Below are positions 18,078-27,459 of a DNA stretch of 64,000 nt, in pieces. Within the stretch, counting starts at the first letter, position 1, and each line of letters starts with the position of its first letter. Position numbers and translations under genes: made by a program. Source of the stretch: Candidatus Omnitrophota bacterium (lineage in GTDB: Bacteria > Omnitrophota > Gorgyraeia > 2-01-FULL-45-10); NCBI GenBank assembly GCA_903843285.1, contig CAIMPC010000063.1, positions 4,627 through 68,626 of the forward strand, read 5' to 3'. Under the pieces are notes generated by a model. That model was not told the origin of the DNA and ran no database searches. It saw only the letters and a program-made list of their open reading frames with translations.

Positions 18078-19883
18078 TCACCTTAATGATAAGAACAGTA
18101 ACATAGCTATCATCCCGAGAAAACACCATACCAGATACGTCGGTAGCACTCCGTTATGCAGACGCTTAAGCGGCCGGGCTAAGACCTTAATGGCCCGTGC
18201 CGAGAGATAGTAAATATCCAGCCATCCCGACTGAGCCTGCTTACATATTCTGTTTATAGGTTTAATATCGGTGATCGTATCGTAAAACTCCATGCCGGAG
18301 ACGCGAGGTAAACTCTCCGGGTCCGCACCTCCTACAAAATTATCCACAACGCGAAAACTGCCGGGTCTAAACAGCCAGTACATAAGAGCCCCTATAGCTA
18401 TACCTACCAGTATAAGCAGTGCCGCAAGCGTTGAGCCCCATGTCCCTATATAAGTTAAGCTATTACCTATTGAAGGTAGTATCAATATCGGGATCGGGAT
18501 CTTAAAAGCGAAGACGCCGAATATGACGCAGATCGCGGCCAGGATCAGCATGGGCATATACATAAGAGGGCCCACCTCTTTCACTTCGCTCATGCCCTCC
18601 GAACGCCGGCCTAAAAAAACTGCGTGTAATAGTTTCATAAAGCACGCTATGGTTAGCGCGCCGCCGAACATTGCGGCCGAAAGCCATATGACCCATAATT
18701 TACCACCCTGATCTGCCGATTCTATAATGCCCTGATATATCATCCACTTTGATACGAAGCCATTAAATGGCGGAATACCGCAGATGGAGAGCGATGCTAT
18801 AAGACAAGCCGCAAATGTGATCGGCATGGCCCCGGCAAGCCCGCCCAGCCTATCGAGGTCCGAGGTTCCGGCCTTCTTCTCCACCGCCGTACTGGTCAAA
18901 AATAAGCATGCTTTATAGATGACGTGATTCAACATATGAAATAGCCCGCCTGCGATACCTATGACTGTCCCGCTGGCTATTCCTATTATCATATAACCGA
19001 CCTGCGATATAGATGTGTAAGCGAGCAGTTTCTTATAGTTGCGCTGGGCCAGGGCCAAGACTACAGCGAATATTATAGTGGCCGCTCCTGCGATAAGCAG
19101 GATAGTATTCGATATCTTCGTCATTTTAAATAGATCTAAAGAGACGCGCGCAAGCAGATAAATTCCCAGCAGTTTGTCCAGTGAAGTCGGCAGATAAGCG
19201 AGGAAGGAGCCCGATGTCGTCTCGGCTACATCGGGAAACCATGAGTGAAAAGGCATAGCCCCTGCTTTAGCGAAACTTGCCGAGGCGATCGAAAAATACG
19301 CCACATATGTCATGATACCGGCAATAGGAATTTGAATCTTATCCATAGATAGAGTGCCTGTAATAGCCGATACCAGCGCTATGCCGAACAACATTAAGAC
19401 ATCGGTACCGCCTATTATTATAAGAGCTTTACTGCTGGCTTTCGCCGAACATACCGTTTGGTCCAGATTAATAAACAGATATAGCATCAACGCCAGAAAA
19501 CCCCAGAAGATGAGCATAATGATAAGATTATTCGCAAATAGCGCCCCGAGTGAAGCGCCCAACGTAATTAGCATATATCCGAAATATCTTCCAAATGCCT
19601 TATCCGTGGAACCGAAAGAAAATATCGTTATCAGAAATGTAAATAAGGTCATCGCCATACCTATAAAAGAGGAAAGATTATCGGCGCGAAAAATAATCTG
19701 ATCCATATACTTCCAGACCAAAGGTTTTTCGATAAAAATGAATATGCCGCCGGCTAAGCATGCGGCTGATATGATGCCGGCAATAGATTTGGTGATGCCT
19801 TTTAACCTATCCGGCAATGGAAGGCATATTATACCGGATACGATCGGCCCGATGATCAGAAGTAATATTGGATTTGAAATCAT
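18078..19883 (-). CDS. MrpA/NuoL-like antiporter-type membrane subunit
   Basis: FAKAGAMPFHSW, KKLLAYTSISQVGYM, FHMLNHVIYKACLFL, GIPPFNGFVSKW, C-terminal LHNG.LPTY helix plus TM. Confidence 0.85.
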   Translation of the reverse strand: MISNPILLLIIGPIVSGIICLPLPDRLKGITKSIAGIISAACLAGGIFIFIEKPLVWKYMDQIIFRADNLSSFIGMAMTLFTFLITIFSFGSTDKAFGRYFGYMLITLGASLGALFANNLIIMLIFWGFLALMLYLFINLDQTVCSAKASSKALIIIGGTDVLMLFGIALVSAITGTLSMDKIQIPIAGIMTYVAYFSIASASFAKAGAMPFHSWFPDVAETTSGSFLAYLPTSLDKLLGIYLLARVSLDLFKMTKISNTILLIAGAATIIFAVVLALAQRNYKKLLAYTSISQVGYMIIGIASGTVIGIAGGLFHMLNHVIYKACLFLTSTAVEKKAGTSDLDRLGGLAGAMPITFAACLIASLSICGIPPFNGFVSKWMIYQGIIESADQGGKLWVIWLSAAMFGGALTIACFMKLLHAVFLGRRSEGMSEVKEVGPLMYMPMLILAAICVIFGVFAFKIPIPILILPSIGNSLTYIGTWGSTLAALLILVGIAIGALMYWLFRPGSFRVVDNFVGGADPESLPRVSGMEFYDTITDIKPINRICKQAQSGWLDIYYLSARAIKVLARPLKRLHNGVLPTYLVWCFLGMIAMLLFLSLR

Positions 19884-19890
19884 CTGTTCC

Positions 19891-21081
19891 CTACTTTACA
19901 CCCATCTTCTCTCTTATCCTGCGCGTCTTCTCCTGCGAAAGCCTGATAAGATCCTCTGCCTTAAATAGTTCCTTATCGTTGGTATCCACCACTATCGCCC
20001 TCTCGGTACAGCAATAGCAAGGATCTATTGCGGCCATTATTATGGTCGCATCGGACACGGTTTCGCCCACAACGGTCTCTCTGAATGTCGGAAAGTTCAT
20101 GTAGGTCGGGGCGCGTATCTTATGGCGGACCGGTGAATTTGAGCCATCGCATTTTACATAATGGAAACATTCGCCCCGCGGCGCCTCTATCACTCCTATG
20201 CCCTCACCCGGAGGTATATCCTTAGGCTTCGCATCTATAGGCCCCTCCGCCATCTGGTCCAGGCACTGTCTGACGATACTTGCGGATTCAAACATCTCAA
20301 GCACCCTCACCACGGTCTTGGCGAAGACATCGCCTTCTTTCTGCGTAATTACATTCCACTTAACCTTCCTGTAGACACCATATGGATGATCGCGCCTTGC
20401 GTCTATATCTACTCCTGAGGCCCTTGCCACCGGTCCAAGCGCCGAATATTCTATAGCGGCCTCTTTAGTCAATATTCCTACGCCTTTCAGGCGCGCATGC
20501 AGTACTGGATCGTCGAGAATAGCGCCTTTAAGCATATCGAGTTGCTTTAAAAACTCGTCCAACCTGCTTAAGATGTAGGCGACGTGCTCTTTTTCTATAT
20601 CGCGCCTGACTCCGCCTACTTTATGCATAGCATAGTTCTGACGATTACCTGTGATGGTCTCCATTATGTCGCAAATCGGCTCTCTGTACTTCCATCCCCA
20701 CATGAAAACGGTATTGTAGCCAATGAAGTGGCCTGCCAGTCCGAGCCATAACATATGCGAATGTATCCTCTCGAGCTCCTGCGTAATGGTCCTTATATAC
20801 AGCGCCCTCTCGGGAACCTCAATACCGCATATATCCTCTATCGCCTCGACGCATGCTATAGGGTGGCTCGAAGAACATATCCCGCATATCCTCTCCACGA
20901 TAAAAAGCGACTGGTCAAAGCTCTTAGACTCGGATATTTTTTCGATTCCCCTATGGTTATAGCCAATCCTGACATCGACATCCACGACCTTCTCTCCCTC
21001 TACTATCAGCTTCCAAAACTCAGGCTCCTCCTGCAGAGGGTGATATGGCCCTATAGGTATAATTGATTTCTTATCGCTCAT
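19891..21081 (-). CDS. Group 4 [NiFe]-hydrogenase large subunit
   Basis: GPYHP, HRGIEK, L1 ERICGICSSSH, ELERIHSH, EAPRGE, L2 DPCYCCTER followed by a cleavable C-terminal extension. Confidence 0.95.
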   Translation of the reverse strand: MSDKKSIIPIGPYHPLQEEPEFWKLIVEGEKVVDVDVRIGYNHRGIEKISESKSFDQSLFIVERICGICSSSHPIACVEAIEDICGIEVPERALYIRTITQELERIHSHMLWLGLAGHFIGYNTVFMWGWKYREPICDIMETITGNRQNYAMHKVGGVRRDIEKEHVAYILSRLDEFLKQLDMLKGAILDDPVLHARLKGVGILTKEAAIEYSALGPVARASGVDIDARRDHPYGVYRKVKWNVITQKEGDVFAKTVVRVLEMFESASIVRQCLDQMAEGPIDAKPKDIPPGEGIGVIEAPRGECFHYVKCDGSNSPVRHKIRAPTYMNFPTFRETVVGETVSDATIIMAAIDPCYCCTERAIVVDTNDKELFKAEDLIRLSQEKTRRIREKMGVK

Positions 21082-21545
21082 TCTTTCCTCGAATCTCTCT
21101 TAGGCACAATGAAACTTTTTCTCATGGGATAGACATCCTGAGGCCAGTCATCCGGCAGGAGGAGCCGTCTCATATCTTGATTGCCTTCAAAGTTCACTCC
21201 AAAGAGCTCGTGTATCTCCCTCTCTATCCACCATGCCGCCTTCATGACATGAGTAACGGTATCTATAGACGGGTTATCTTTATCGTTCAGCATCGTCCTC
21301 ACCGATACTATTAATCCGGACGGATCGTATGCGAAATGATACAGTATCTCTATCTTATCGAAGTCATCTACGGCGCTCGCTATATTAAACCTGAGGCCCA
21401 AGTCTTTAAACATATATCTGACGACCTCCACTATATCTCTGGGATAGATCTCCACATATGCTCTCCTGGACGATTTCTTCTCAACCTTAAGAACCTTATC
21501 ACCGAATCGGTCATTGATCTTTTTTAATACTTCATCCATCATCAT
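21078..21545 (-). CDS. Hydrogenase NuoC-like subunit (MbhK-like)
   Basis: EILYHF, WIEREIHELFGVNFEG, RRLLLPDDWP, YPMRK. Confidence 0.9.
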   Translation of the reverse strand: MMMDEVLKKINDRFGDKVLKVEKKSSRRAYVEIYPRDIVEVVRYMFKDLGLRFNIASAVDDFDKIEILYHFAYDPSGLIVSVRTMLNDKDNPSIDTVTHVMKAAWWIEREIHELFGVNFEGNQDMRRLLLPDDWPQDVYPMRKSFIVPKRDSRKE

Positions 21546-21979
21546 GATCTGATATCCTTCCCGGCCCTTACTTTACCGACCAGTTTTACCAGGGCCGCAA
21601 TAGTGGCCTCGGGCTTAGGCGGGCATCCCGGTATATATGCATCCACCGGTATTATCTCGTCCAGCGGGGCAAGCGTATTATAACTGTCTTTAAATAACCC
21701 GCGCGAGCATCCACATGCCCCATACACCACGACAAAACCCGGTTTCGGCATAGTCTCGTACAGTTTCTTTATTATCGGCACCGCCAACCTGTTGCAGGAT
21801 CCGGTGCATAGCATAATATCCGCATGTTTAATGCTTCCCACCAACACCAGGCCGAAACGCTCCAGATCGAAGCGCGGGGTAAGGGCATCGAGTATTTCTA
21901 TATCGCAGTTGTTACAGCTACCGCTCGATACGTGAAATATGTTTATCGATCTTGTCAGTACGAATTCTCTTAATCCCAT
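21542..21979 (-). CDS. Group 4 [NiFe]-hydrogenase small subunit (NuoB-like)
   Basis: GSCNNCDIE, RFDLERFG, HADIMLCTG, YGACG, YIPGCPPKPE. Confidence 0.92.
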   Translation of the reverse strand: MGLREFVLTRSINIFHVSSGSCNNCDIEILDALTPRFDLERFGLVLVGSIKHADIMLCTGSCNRLAVPIIKKLYETMPKPGFVVVYGACGCSRGLFKDSYNTLAPLDEIIPVDAYIPGCPPKPEATIAALVKLVGKVRAGKDIRS

Positions 21980-21980
21980 T

Positions 21981-22919
21981 CTATCTTCCCAAGTATGCTA
22001 AGGCTAATGACAATAACGCCAAGACTGTCACAACTCCCCAGAAGAACTTCATCGCCTGGTCGATACGTACGCGCGGATTTGTATTTTTTACCACTATCAT
22101 TAATATCAGGATCAATAGGTACTCTATCATGGCCTTTACGAGGCCATCAAGGCTTAATTTAATTCCTCCGAAGTACAGGGTTATTAAAAAGACGGGTATT
22201 ACGAATAAGAGCACGGCCCTGGCCAATTTAAATATCGCAAGCGCCTTCCCTGAATATTCAATATACGCCCCCGCCATTATCTCAGTCTCAGCCTCCGGCA
22301 TATCGAACGGCACAAAGCCAAGCTTCGCCTGAATACATATCAACATAACGAAGAAAGATATGCCTCCCGATGGGTTCATGAATATATCGCCATGTGATCT
22401 TTGGTACATTATGATATCGCCCAACCTTATCGCGCACCCACACTTCATTATCACAACTATAAGCGCAAGTATGAACGGCAGTTCGTATGACAGCATGAGC
22501 TTCATCTCTCTCGAAGAGCCAAGCGATGCCAGAGAGTTTGCGGATGCAAAGCCCCCGAGTATCAGAGCGACCGCCGGGATCAGCAGAAGATAGACGACCA
22601 CGATAACATCGCCGATGAAACCGGTGCGCGGAGAACCATTAATAAGAAAGAGTATCGTAGACACAAGGGTTGCGCTCGTAAGAGCTAATACCGGCATCCC
22701 CAGGAACATGGCCCCGGAGACACCGCTGGGTATGAGCGTCTCTTTGTATAAGGCCAGTTTGATCAGGTCTAAAAAGTTCTGATACCATGGCGGCCCGACT
22801 CTCCATTGAAGCCTGGCCGTGACCTTCCTGTCGATCCATCCGACTAAAAGCCCCATCGATCCGGAGAATAAAAGCCCCGGAAATATTAGGAATGCAAATA
22901 TGTATAATAGCGCCGTCAT
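21981..22919 (-). CDS. Hydrogenase membrane anchor (NuoH/HycD/MbhM-like)
   Basis: DRKVTARLQWRVGPP, PFDMPEAETEIMAG, EYSG, PRVRIDQ. Confidence 0.9.
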   Translation of the reverse strand: MTALLYIFAFLIFPGLLFSGSMGLLVGWIDRKVTARLQWRVGPPWYQNFLDLIKLALYKETLIPSGVSGAMFLGMPVLALTSATLVSTILFLINGSPRTGFIGDVIVVVYLLLIPAVALILGGFASANSLASLGSSREMKLMLSYELPFILALIVVIMKCGCAIRLGDIIMYQRSHGDIFMNPSGGISFFVMLICIQAKLGFVPFDMPEAETEIMAGAYIEYSGKALAIFKLARAVLLFVIPVFLITLYFGGIKLSLDGLVKAMIEYLLILILMIVVKNTNPRVRIDQAMKFFWGVVTVLALLSLALAYLGR

Positions 22920-22937
22920 GTTATGCTTACTTTCTAT

Positions 22938-23441
22938 CTATCTCTTTTTTGGAAGCTCCAATATCCTGTCCCATTTGTATTTGGTCTTTATTAGAAGATA
23001 CTCCGATGCCCTAAATATACCCTCGTCTTTATTTTCATCGAATTCCCCAAATTTTATGCCCCCATGACTGCAGAACCCTAAACATACAGGGGTCTCTTCC
23101 CCCTTAATTCTTCCCAGACAATAGTCGCAGCATGCCGTCACAAGCGGTATCGTTTCAGGATATATCACGCCGAACGGGCACGCCCTCGAACATGATTTGC
23201 AGGAGGTACAGCGCATCGTGTATCGCTTTAGCGCATTATTCTCTTTAATGAGCTCCAGGGCCTCCCATGGGCATGAGGCGACACATGGCGCGTCATCGCA
23301 CCTTCGGCACACTACGGCGAAATGCGCAAATTCGCGCAGACTGGTTATGCCGTTGTTGTTCGGATGTTGTATATAACTGCATAACATCCCGCACTCTTCG
23401 CAGGCCGAACAGACATCGAGGTCTATAAGTAATCTTTTCAT
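22938..23441 (-). CDS. Tetra-[4Fe-4S] electron-transfer protein (DmsB/HydN/CooF-like)
   Basis: CSACEECGMLC, CRRCDDAPCVASCP, CTSCKSCSRACP, CDYC...CLGFC. Confidence 0.85.
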   Translation of the reverse strand: MKRLLIDLDVCSACEECGMLCSYIQHPNNNGITSLREFAHFAVVCRRCDDAPCVASCPWEALELIKENNALKRYTMRCTSCKSCSRACPFGVIYPETIPLVTACCDYCLGRIKGEETPVCLGFCSHGGIKFGEFDENKDEGIFRASEYLLIKTKYKWDRILELPKKR

Positions 23442-23445
23442 GTCA

Positions 23446-24276
23446 TCAGTCCCAAATATTGGGCAAATCTTTTATCTTATCGTAAGGGAATACCGGGCCA
23501 TCTTTACAGGCATAATAGGGCCCTATCCTGCAATGACCGCATTTACCGATCCCGCACGACATATTCTTCTCCATCGAGAGATATATCTGATCTTCTTTAA
23601 AACCCAGGTCCATAAGTTTAAATGTTGCAAACTTCATCATAATAGGAGGCCCGCACACTATCGAGACAGCATTATTTACGTCGAGTCCTTCCGTCTTCAA
23701 TATCGTGGTGACCAGCCCTACGTGTCCGCTCCATGAAGCATCTCCCACGTCGCACGATACTAAAACATCTACATGATCGGCCCGGTCCTTCCAGGTACCT
23801 ATCTCATCCTTATAGACTATATCGCCGCTAGAGCGCGCGCCATATCTAAGTATTATCTTCTTATAATCGTTCACTTCGTTAAAGAGCGCGTATAGCAATG
23901 CCCTGAGAGGGGCAAGTCCGACGCCTCCGCCGACTATAAAAACTTCTTTGCCTTTAAATAGATCGAGCGGATATTTTGTTCCATACGGTCCGCGCAGACC
24001 CACGGTATCTCCCGGCTTCAGCTGGTGAATGAGCTTAGTAACGCGTCCTGCGCTCATTATGGTGAAATCGAGCGTACCTTTATGGTCATGGTTAGACGAA
24101 GGAGTGAACGGCGCTTCACCCACGCCCGGCAGGGTCACATCCATGAACTGACCGGCCCTGAAAGAGATATCCTCGCTGGGTTTCAGCGTAAATGTCTTTA
24201 TGTTGGAGGTCTCTTCGGCTACCTTCAGGACTTCCGCGTTAATAAAAGCATATGGATTTTTTTTACAATTAATCAT
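23446..24276 (-). CDS. FAD/NAD(P)-binding [2Fe-2S] oxidoreductase (sulfhydrogenase gamma / AsrB-like)
   Basis: FRAGQF, GEAPF, RGPYG, GGGVGLAPLR, CGPPIMM, EKNMSCGIGKCGHC...CKDGPVF. Confidence 0.9.
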   Translation of the reverse strand: MINCKKNPYAFINAEVLKVAEETSNIKTFTLKPSEDISFRAGQFMDVTLPGVGEAPFTPSSNHDHKGTLDFTIMSAGRVTKLIHQLKPGDTVGLRGPYGTKYPLDLFKGKEVFIVGGGVGLAPLRALLYALFNEVNDYKKIILRYGARSSGDIVYKDEIGTWKDRADHVDVLVSCDVGDASWSGHVGLVTTILKTEGLDVNNAVSIVCGPPIMMKFATFKLMDLGFKEDQIYLSMEKNMSCGIGKCGHCRIGPYYACKDGPVFPYDKIKDLPNIWD

Positions 24277-25318
24277 GCGGTGGCTTATTCCATCTTTCCA
24301 GTACCAGGCCCTTCAATACTTCCCTTATGTCTATATCTCCGGGGCATGCTTCAATGCACCTACCACAGCCGGTGCAGGCGAAATAGTTGAGCACCGCGGG
24401 AAAGAATTCAAACTTCTTATCGAACCTGTTGCGAAGCCGCTCATAAAGATGTTTTCGAGGGTTGTGGTTTCCGGCGACCCTGGCGAAAGTGTTATATAAG
24501 CAGGCGTCCCATGCCCTGAAGCGTTTTACCCCGGAGGCATCTTTCTCATCGAACAATAAGAAACAGTGGCATGTGGGACAAGCCAGGTTGCACGCCCCGC
24601 ACTCCACGCAGGTCGACGCCATAGCAGTCCAGAATTCGGTCCGGTCGTAATTCTTTTTAACCATGCCCTTAATCTTGGTAGTATTCGGAGTCTCTCTTTT
24701 ACTGATAAAACCTTCTATCTGTTTCGTAACCCTATCGCGAAGCGACTGCCTCACATCGATCGAATGGATCGGCACAAGCTTAAAGAATGTTCTGAAGTCA
24801 TCCACTATCTTTTGCCCTTTTGGGCTTCCCACCTCGACCAAGAAATAATTATCTACCGATGCTATAGATAAATCGAAAAACTTTCTGGGATACGGAGCAC
24901 CTTCCATCGCCATACAGAAACAAGTCTCCTTGGCATAAGTGCAATCTGCGGCAATTATCGTCGTATTCTTTCTGCTCTGGACATAAAAAGGATCCTCGAC
25001 ATCGCCATCCTGAAATACAAAGTCCTGCAGGACAAGGCTCGATAGATCGCAGCCTTTTACTCCGGCCACAATGAGCGGACGCCTGTCTGTCGGATCGGTT
25101 CCGATCATCCTCTCTCTAACCGGGCTTATGAACGATTTAAACGGTTGGCTCTGTCTGATACCACCCAGTTCTATGCTATCTTCTTTGGCAGAGTTAAAAT
25201 CATCGAAAAATAATTTATCACCATTCAAATAAGGCACAACCACTCTACTGCTTATAGCGAGTCTGCCGAATAAGTCGAATAAGTCTTTCTTTGATATGAT
25301 ATAAGTATTATTTTGCAT
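24269..25318 (-). CDS. [4Fe-4S] protein (sulfhydrogenase beta / AsrA-like)
   Basis: GVKGCDL, C...TCFC, CVECGACNLACPTCHCF, WDAC, RLRNRF..K, CTGCGRCIEACP. Confidence 0.88.
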   Translation of the reverse strand: MQNNTYIISKKDLFDLFGRLAISSRVVVPYLNGDKLFFDDFNSAKEDSIELGGIRQSQPFKSFISPVRERMIGTDPTDRRPLIVAGVKGCDLSSLVLQDFVFQDGDVEDPFYVQSRKNTTIIAADCTYAKETCFCMAMEGAPYPRKFFDLSIASVDNYFLVEVGSPKGQKIVDDFRTFFKLVPIHSIDVRQSLRDRVTKQIEGFISKRETPNTTKIKGMVKKNYDRTEFWTAMASTCVECGACNLACPTCHCFLLFDEKDASGVKRFRAWDACLYNTFARVAGNHNPRKHLYERLRNRFDKKFEFFPAVLNYFACTGCGRCIEACPGDIDIREVLKGLVLERWNKPPHD

Positions 25319-25343
25319 ATGTAAGTTATATGGTGGAGGCTAC

Positions 25344-25373
25344 ATTTTAACTCTCGGATGGGACTTCAGTCAA
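25344..25373 (-). promoter_or_regulatory. Putative sigma70 promoter for the hydrogenase structural operon
   Basis: Minus strand TTGACT-N18-TAAAAT directly after the hypE stop. Confidence 0.45.
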
Positions 25374-26375
25374 CTAACAAATCCTGGGAAGCTGATCGCC
25401 TGAAAGCATACCCAGTATCCGCTTGCCGCCAGAAACGGTTTCCAGAATAACTCTTCCGGGGTTATCCTCAGTTACTCTACCGATAGTTCTACTGCCGCGG
25501 CCAACCTTTTCGGAACGCATCGCTTTCAAAATGTCCTTCTCAGCCCCTTTCGCGGCTATTATAATAACCCTGCCCTCGCAGGCGAGATACAACGGATCGA
25601 GGCCGAGAAGCTCACAGGCCTGCCTCACGCCCTCTCGCGCAGGCACTACCGCCTCATCCACTACGATACCGAATTTTGCCGGCGAGGCTATCTCATTAAG
25701 TGTTGTCGCAACGCCGCCTCTGGTGGGGTCGCGCATAAAACGGACCTCTTTCGAGGAGCGCAGCACCTTGCGAATCATTCCGTAGAGAGGCGCGGAATCG
25801 CTCTTCACTAAAGTATCGAATGCTATTCCCTCCCGCTTCGAAATAACACTGATCGCATGGTCACCTATAGGTCCGCTGACGATCACGCAATCACCCGCCA
25901 TTAAATTATTTACCGAGAGATCATCATAATAGACCTCTCCTATCCCGCTTGTGTTAATAAATATCTTGTCACATGCCCCCCGCTCGACAACTTTGGTATC
26001 GCCTGTGACTATTTGAACCTCTGCTGTGGAGGCGGCCCTCGCCATCGAATCTACTATCCGATCCAGCACGCTTCTATCCAGGCCTTCCTCTATGACTGCG
26101 CCGACGGATATGTAAAGAGGCCTGGCGCCGCATACAGACAGATCGTTAACTGTCCCATAAAGTGCAAGGCTTCCGATGTCACCACCGGGAAAAAATATAG
26201 GCTTCACCACATATGAGTCCGTGGTAAACGCTATCTTTTTATCTCCGATCTTTATGATTGCGGAATCCTTCTTTTGATTCAATATGGGATTTGAAAATCG
26301 TTTTAGAAATACGGAATCGATCAGCTTATGCATCTGGCTTCCGCCGCTTCCGTCCGCCATGGTTATATTAGTCAT
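25374..26375 (-). CDS. hypE: Hydrogenase maturation carbamoyl dehydratase HypE
   Basis: FTTDSYVVKPIFFPGGDIG, GTVNDL, TGDTKVV, MRDPTRGG, C-terminal PRIC. Start set at MTNITMA. Confidence 0.95.
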   Translation of the reverse strand: MTNITMADGSGGSQMHKLIDSVFLKRFSNPILNQKKDSAIIKIGDKKIAFTTDSYVVKPIFFPGGDIGSLALYGTVNDLSVCGARPLYISVGAVIEEGLDRSVLDRIVDSMARAASTAEVQIVTGDTKVVERGACDKIFINTSGIGEVYYDDLSVNNLMAGDCVIVSGPIGDHAISVISKREGIAFDTLVKSDSAPLYGMIRKVLRSSKEVRFMRDPTRGGVATTLNEIASPAKFGIVVDEAVVPAREGVRQACELLGLDPLYLACEGRVIIIAAKGAEKDILKAMRSEKVGRGSRTIGRVTEDNPGRVILETVSGGKRILGMLSGDQLPRIC

Positions 26376-26376
26376 T

Positions 26377-27459
26377 TTAAATATTTCCGTATTTGTAATA
26401 AGCCGCACACGTTCCTTCGCCCGAGACCATGCACGAACCGACCGGACGCTCCGGGGTGCACCTATTGCCGAATAATTTGCACTCGTCGGGTCTTTTCATG
26501 CCCCTAAGAACCATTCCGCAAATGCACGCTTTATTCTCTAGGGCAGGGGCCAATTTAACTTTAAATCTCAATGCGGCGTCGAAGTCCGAAAATTCTCTTC
26601 TTATCCTCAGTCCGCTTCGGGCTATTCTTCCGATACCTCTCCATTCGGCAGGACTTTCTTCAAAAACCCTATTCACGATCTTTCGCGCCAGCGGGTTCCC
26701 TTTTGAATCGATAACTCTTCTATACTGCACTTCTACCCTGGGCGAAGATTGCCTCAATAGCATGAGTATCGACTGCAATATATCGATAGGTTCAAACCCG
26801 GCCACAACAGCTCCGATTCCATACTTTTTGGAAATAAATCCGTACGGCTTCGTGCCTATTATTGCGCTTACATGCCCCGGCAGAAGAAACCCATCGATAA
26901 GATTATCGCCGGATGAGGCTATAGATTCAAGCGCCGCAGGCATTGTCTTATGCGCAGATAAAACGGAGTAGTTGGCTATACCCTCTCTCTTTGCTTCGAG
27001 TATCGATGCCGCCACGGTGGGGACTGTCGTCTCAAAACCGACCCCGAGAAAAACCACCTGCTTATCCGGGTTTCTTCCGGCAATATCTATGGCATCGTCC
27101 GTCGAGTAAACTATCTTTATTTCTCTGCCGCTGGCCCTCTCTTTTTCAAGGCTCGAGCGCGATCCGGGCACACGCATCATATCCCCAAATGTCGCAATAA
27201 TAACGTTGGGCAGTTTCGCTATCGCGATGGCGCGATCCAGATAACCATTCGGAGTAACGCACACAGGGCATCCCGGACCGGAGAGCAATTTTATATTTGC
27301 GGGCAATAGACTGCGCAAACCGAACTTAAAGATCGCCATCGTATGCGTCCCGCACACTTCCATGTACCTGTATTCAAAACGCTCATCCACTGACCTACGT
27401 ATCTGTTCGGCCAGCTTTTTGGTAAGGGTGAGGCTTCTGAATTCGTCTATGTATTTCAT
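26377..27459 (-). CDS. hypD: Hydrogenase maturation protein HypD
   Basis: MEVCGTH, GPGCPVC, GFETT, PGHVS, CMVSGEGTC. Confidence 0.97.
   Translation of the reverse strand: MKYIDEFRSLTLTKKLAEQIRRSVDERFEYRYMEVCGTHTMAIFKFGLRSLLPANIKLLSGPGCPVCVTPNGYLDRAIAIAKLPNVIIATFGDMMRVPGSRSSLEKERASGREIKIVYSTDDAIDIAGRNPDKQVVFLGVGFETTVPTVAASILEAKREGIANYSVLSAHKTMPAALESIASSGDNLIDGFLLPGHVSAIIGTKPYGFISKKYGIGAVVAGFEPIDILQSILMLLRQSSPRVEVQYRRVIDSKGNPLARKIVNRVFEESPAEWRGIGRIARSGLRIRREFSDFDAALRFKVKLAPALENKACICGMVLRGMKRPDECKLFGNRCTPERPVGSCMVSGEGTCAAYYKYGNI

Noticed and set aside
19891-21081. [NiFeSe] hydrogenase or recoding
   Set aside because: The L2 motif is plain Cys (DPCYCC) and there is no in-frame TGA.
12838-22919. 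Respiratory complex I (nuo) or a non-hydrogenase Mbx/Ehr-type complex
   Set aside because: The NuoD-like subunit retains both Ni-binding CxxC motifs and a cleavable tail, and hypCDEF plus a maturation protease are adjacent.
23446-25318. Anaerobic sulfite reductase (AsrABC)
   Set aside because: No siroheme-containing AsrC gene; the A/B-like genes lead straight into hydrogenase subunits.
26343-26360. HypE N-terminal MADGSGG instead of the usual AHGxGG
   Set aside because: A single substitution with all other HypE motifs, including PRIC, intact; not enough to claim altered function.
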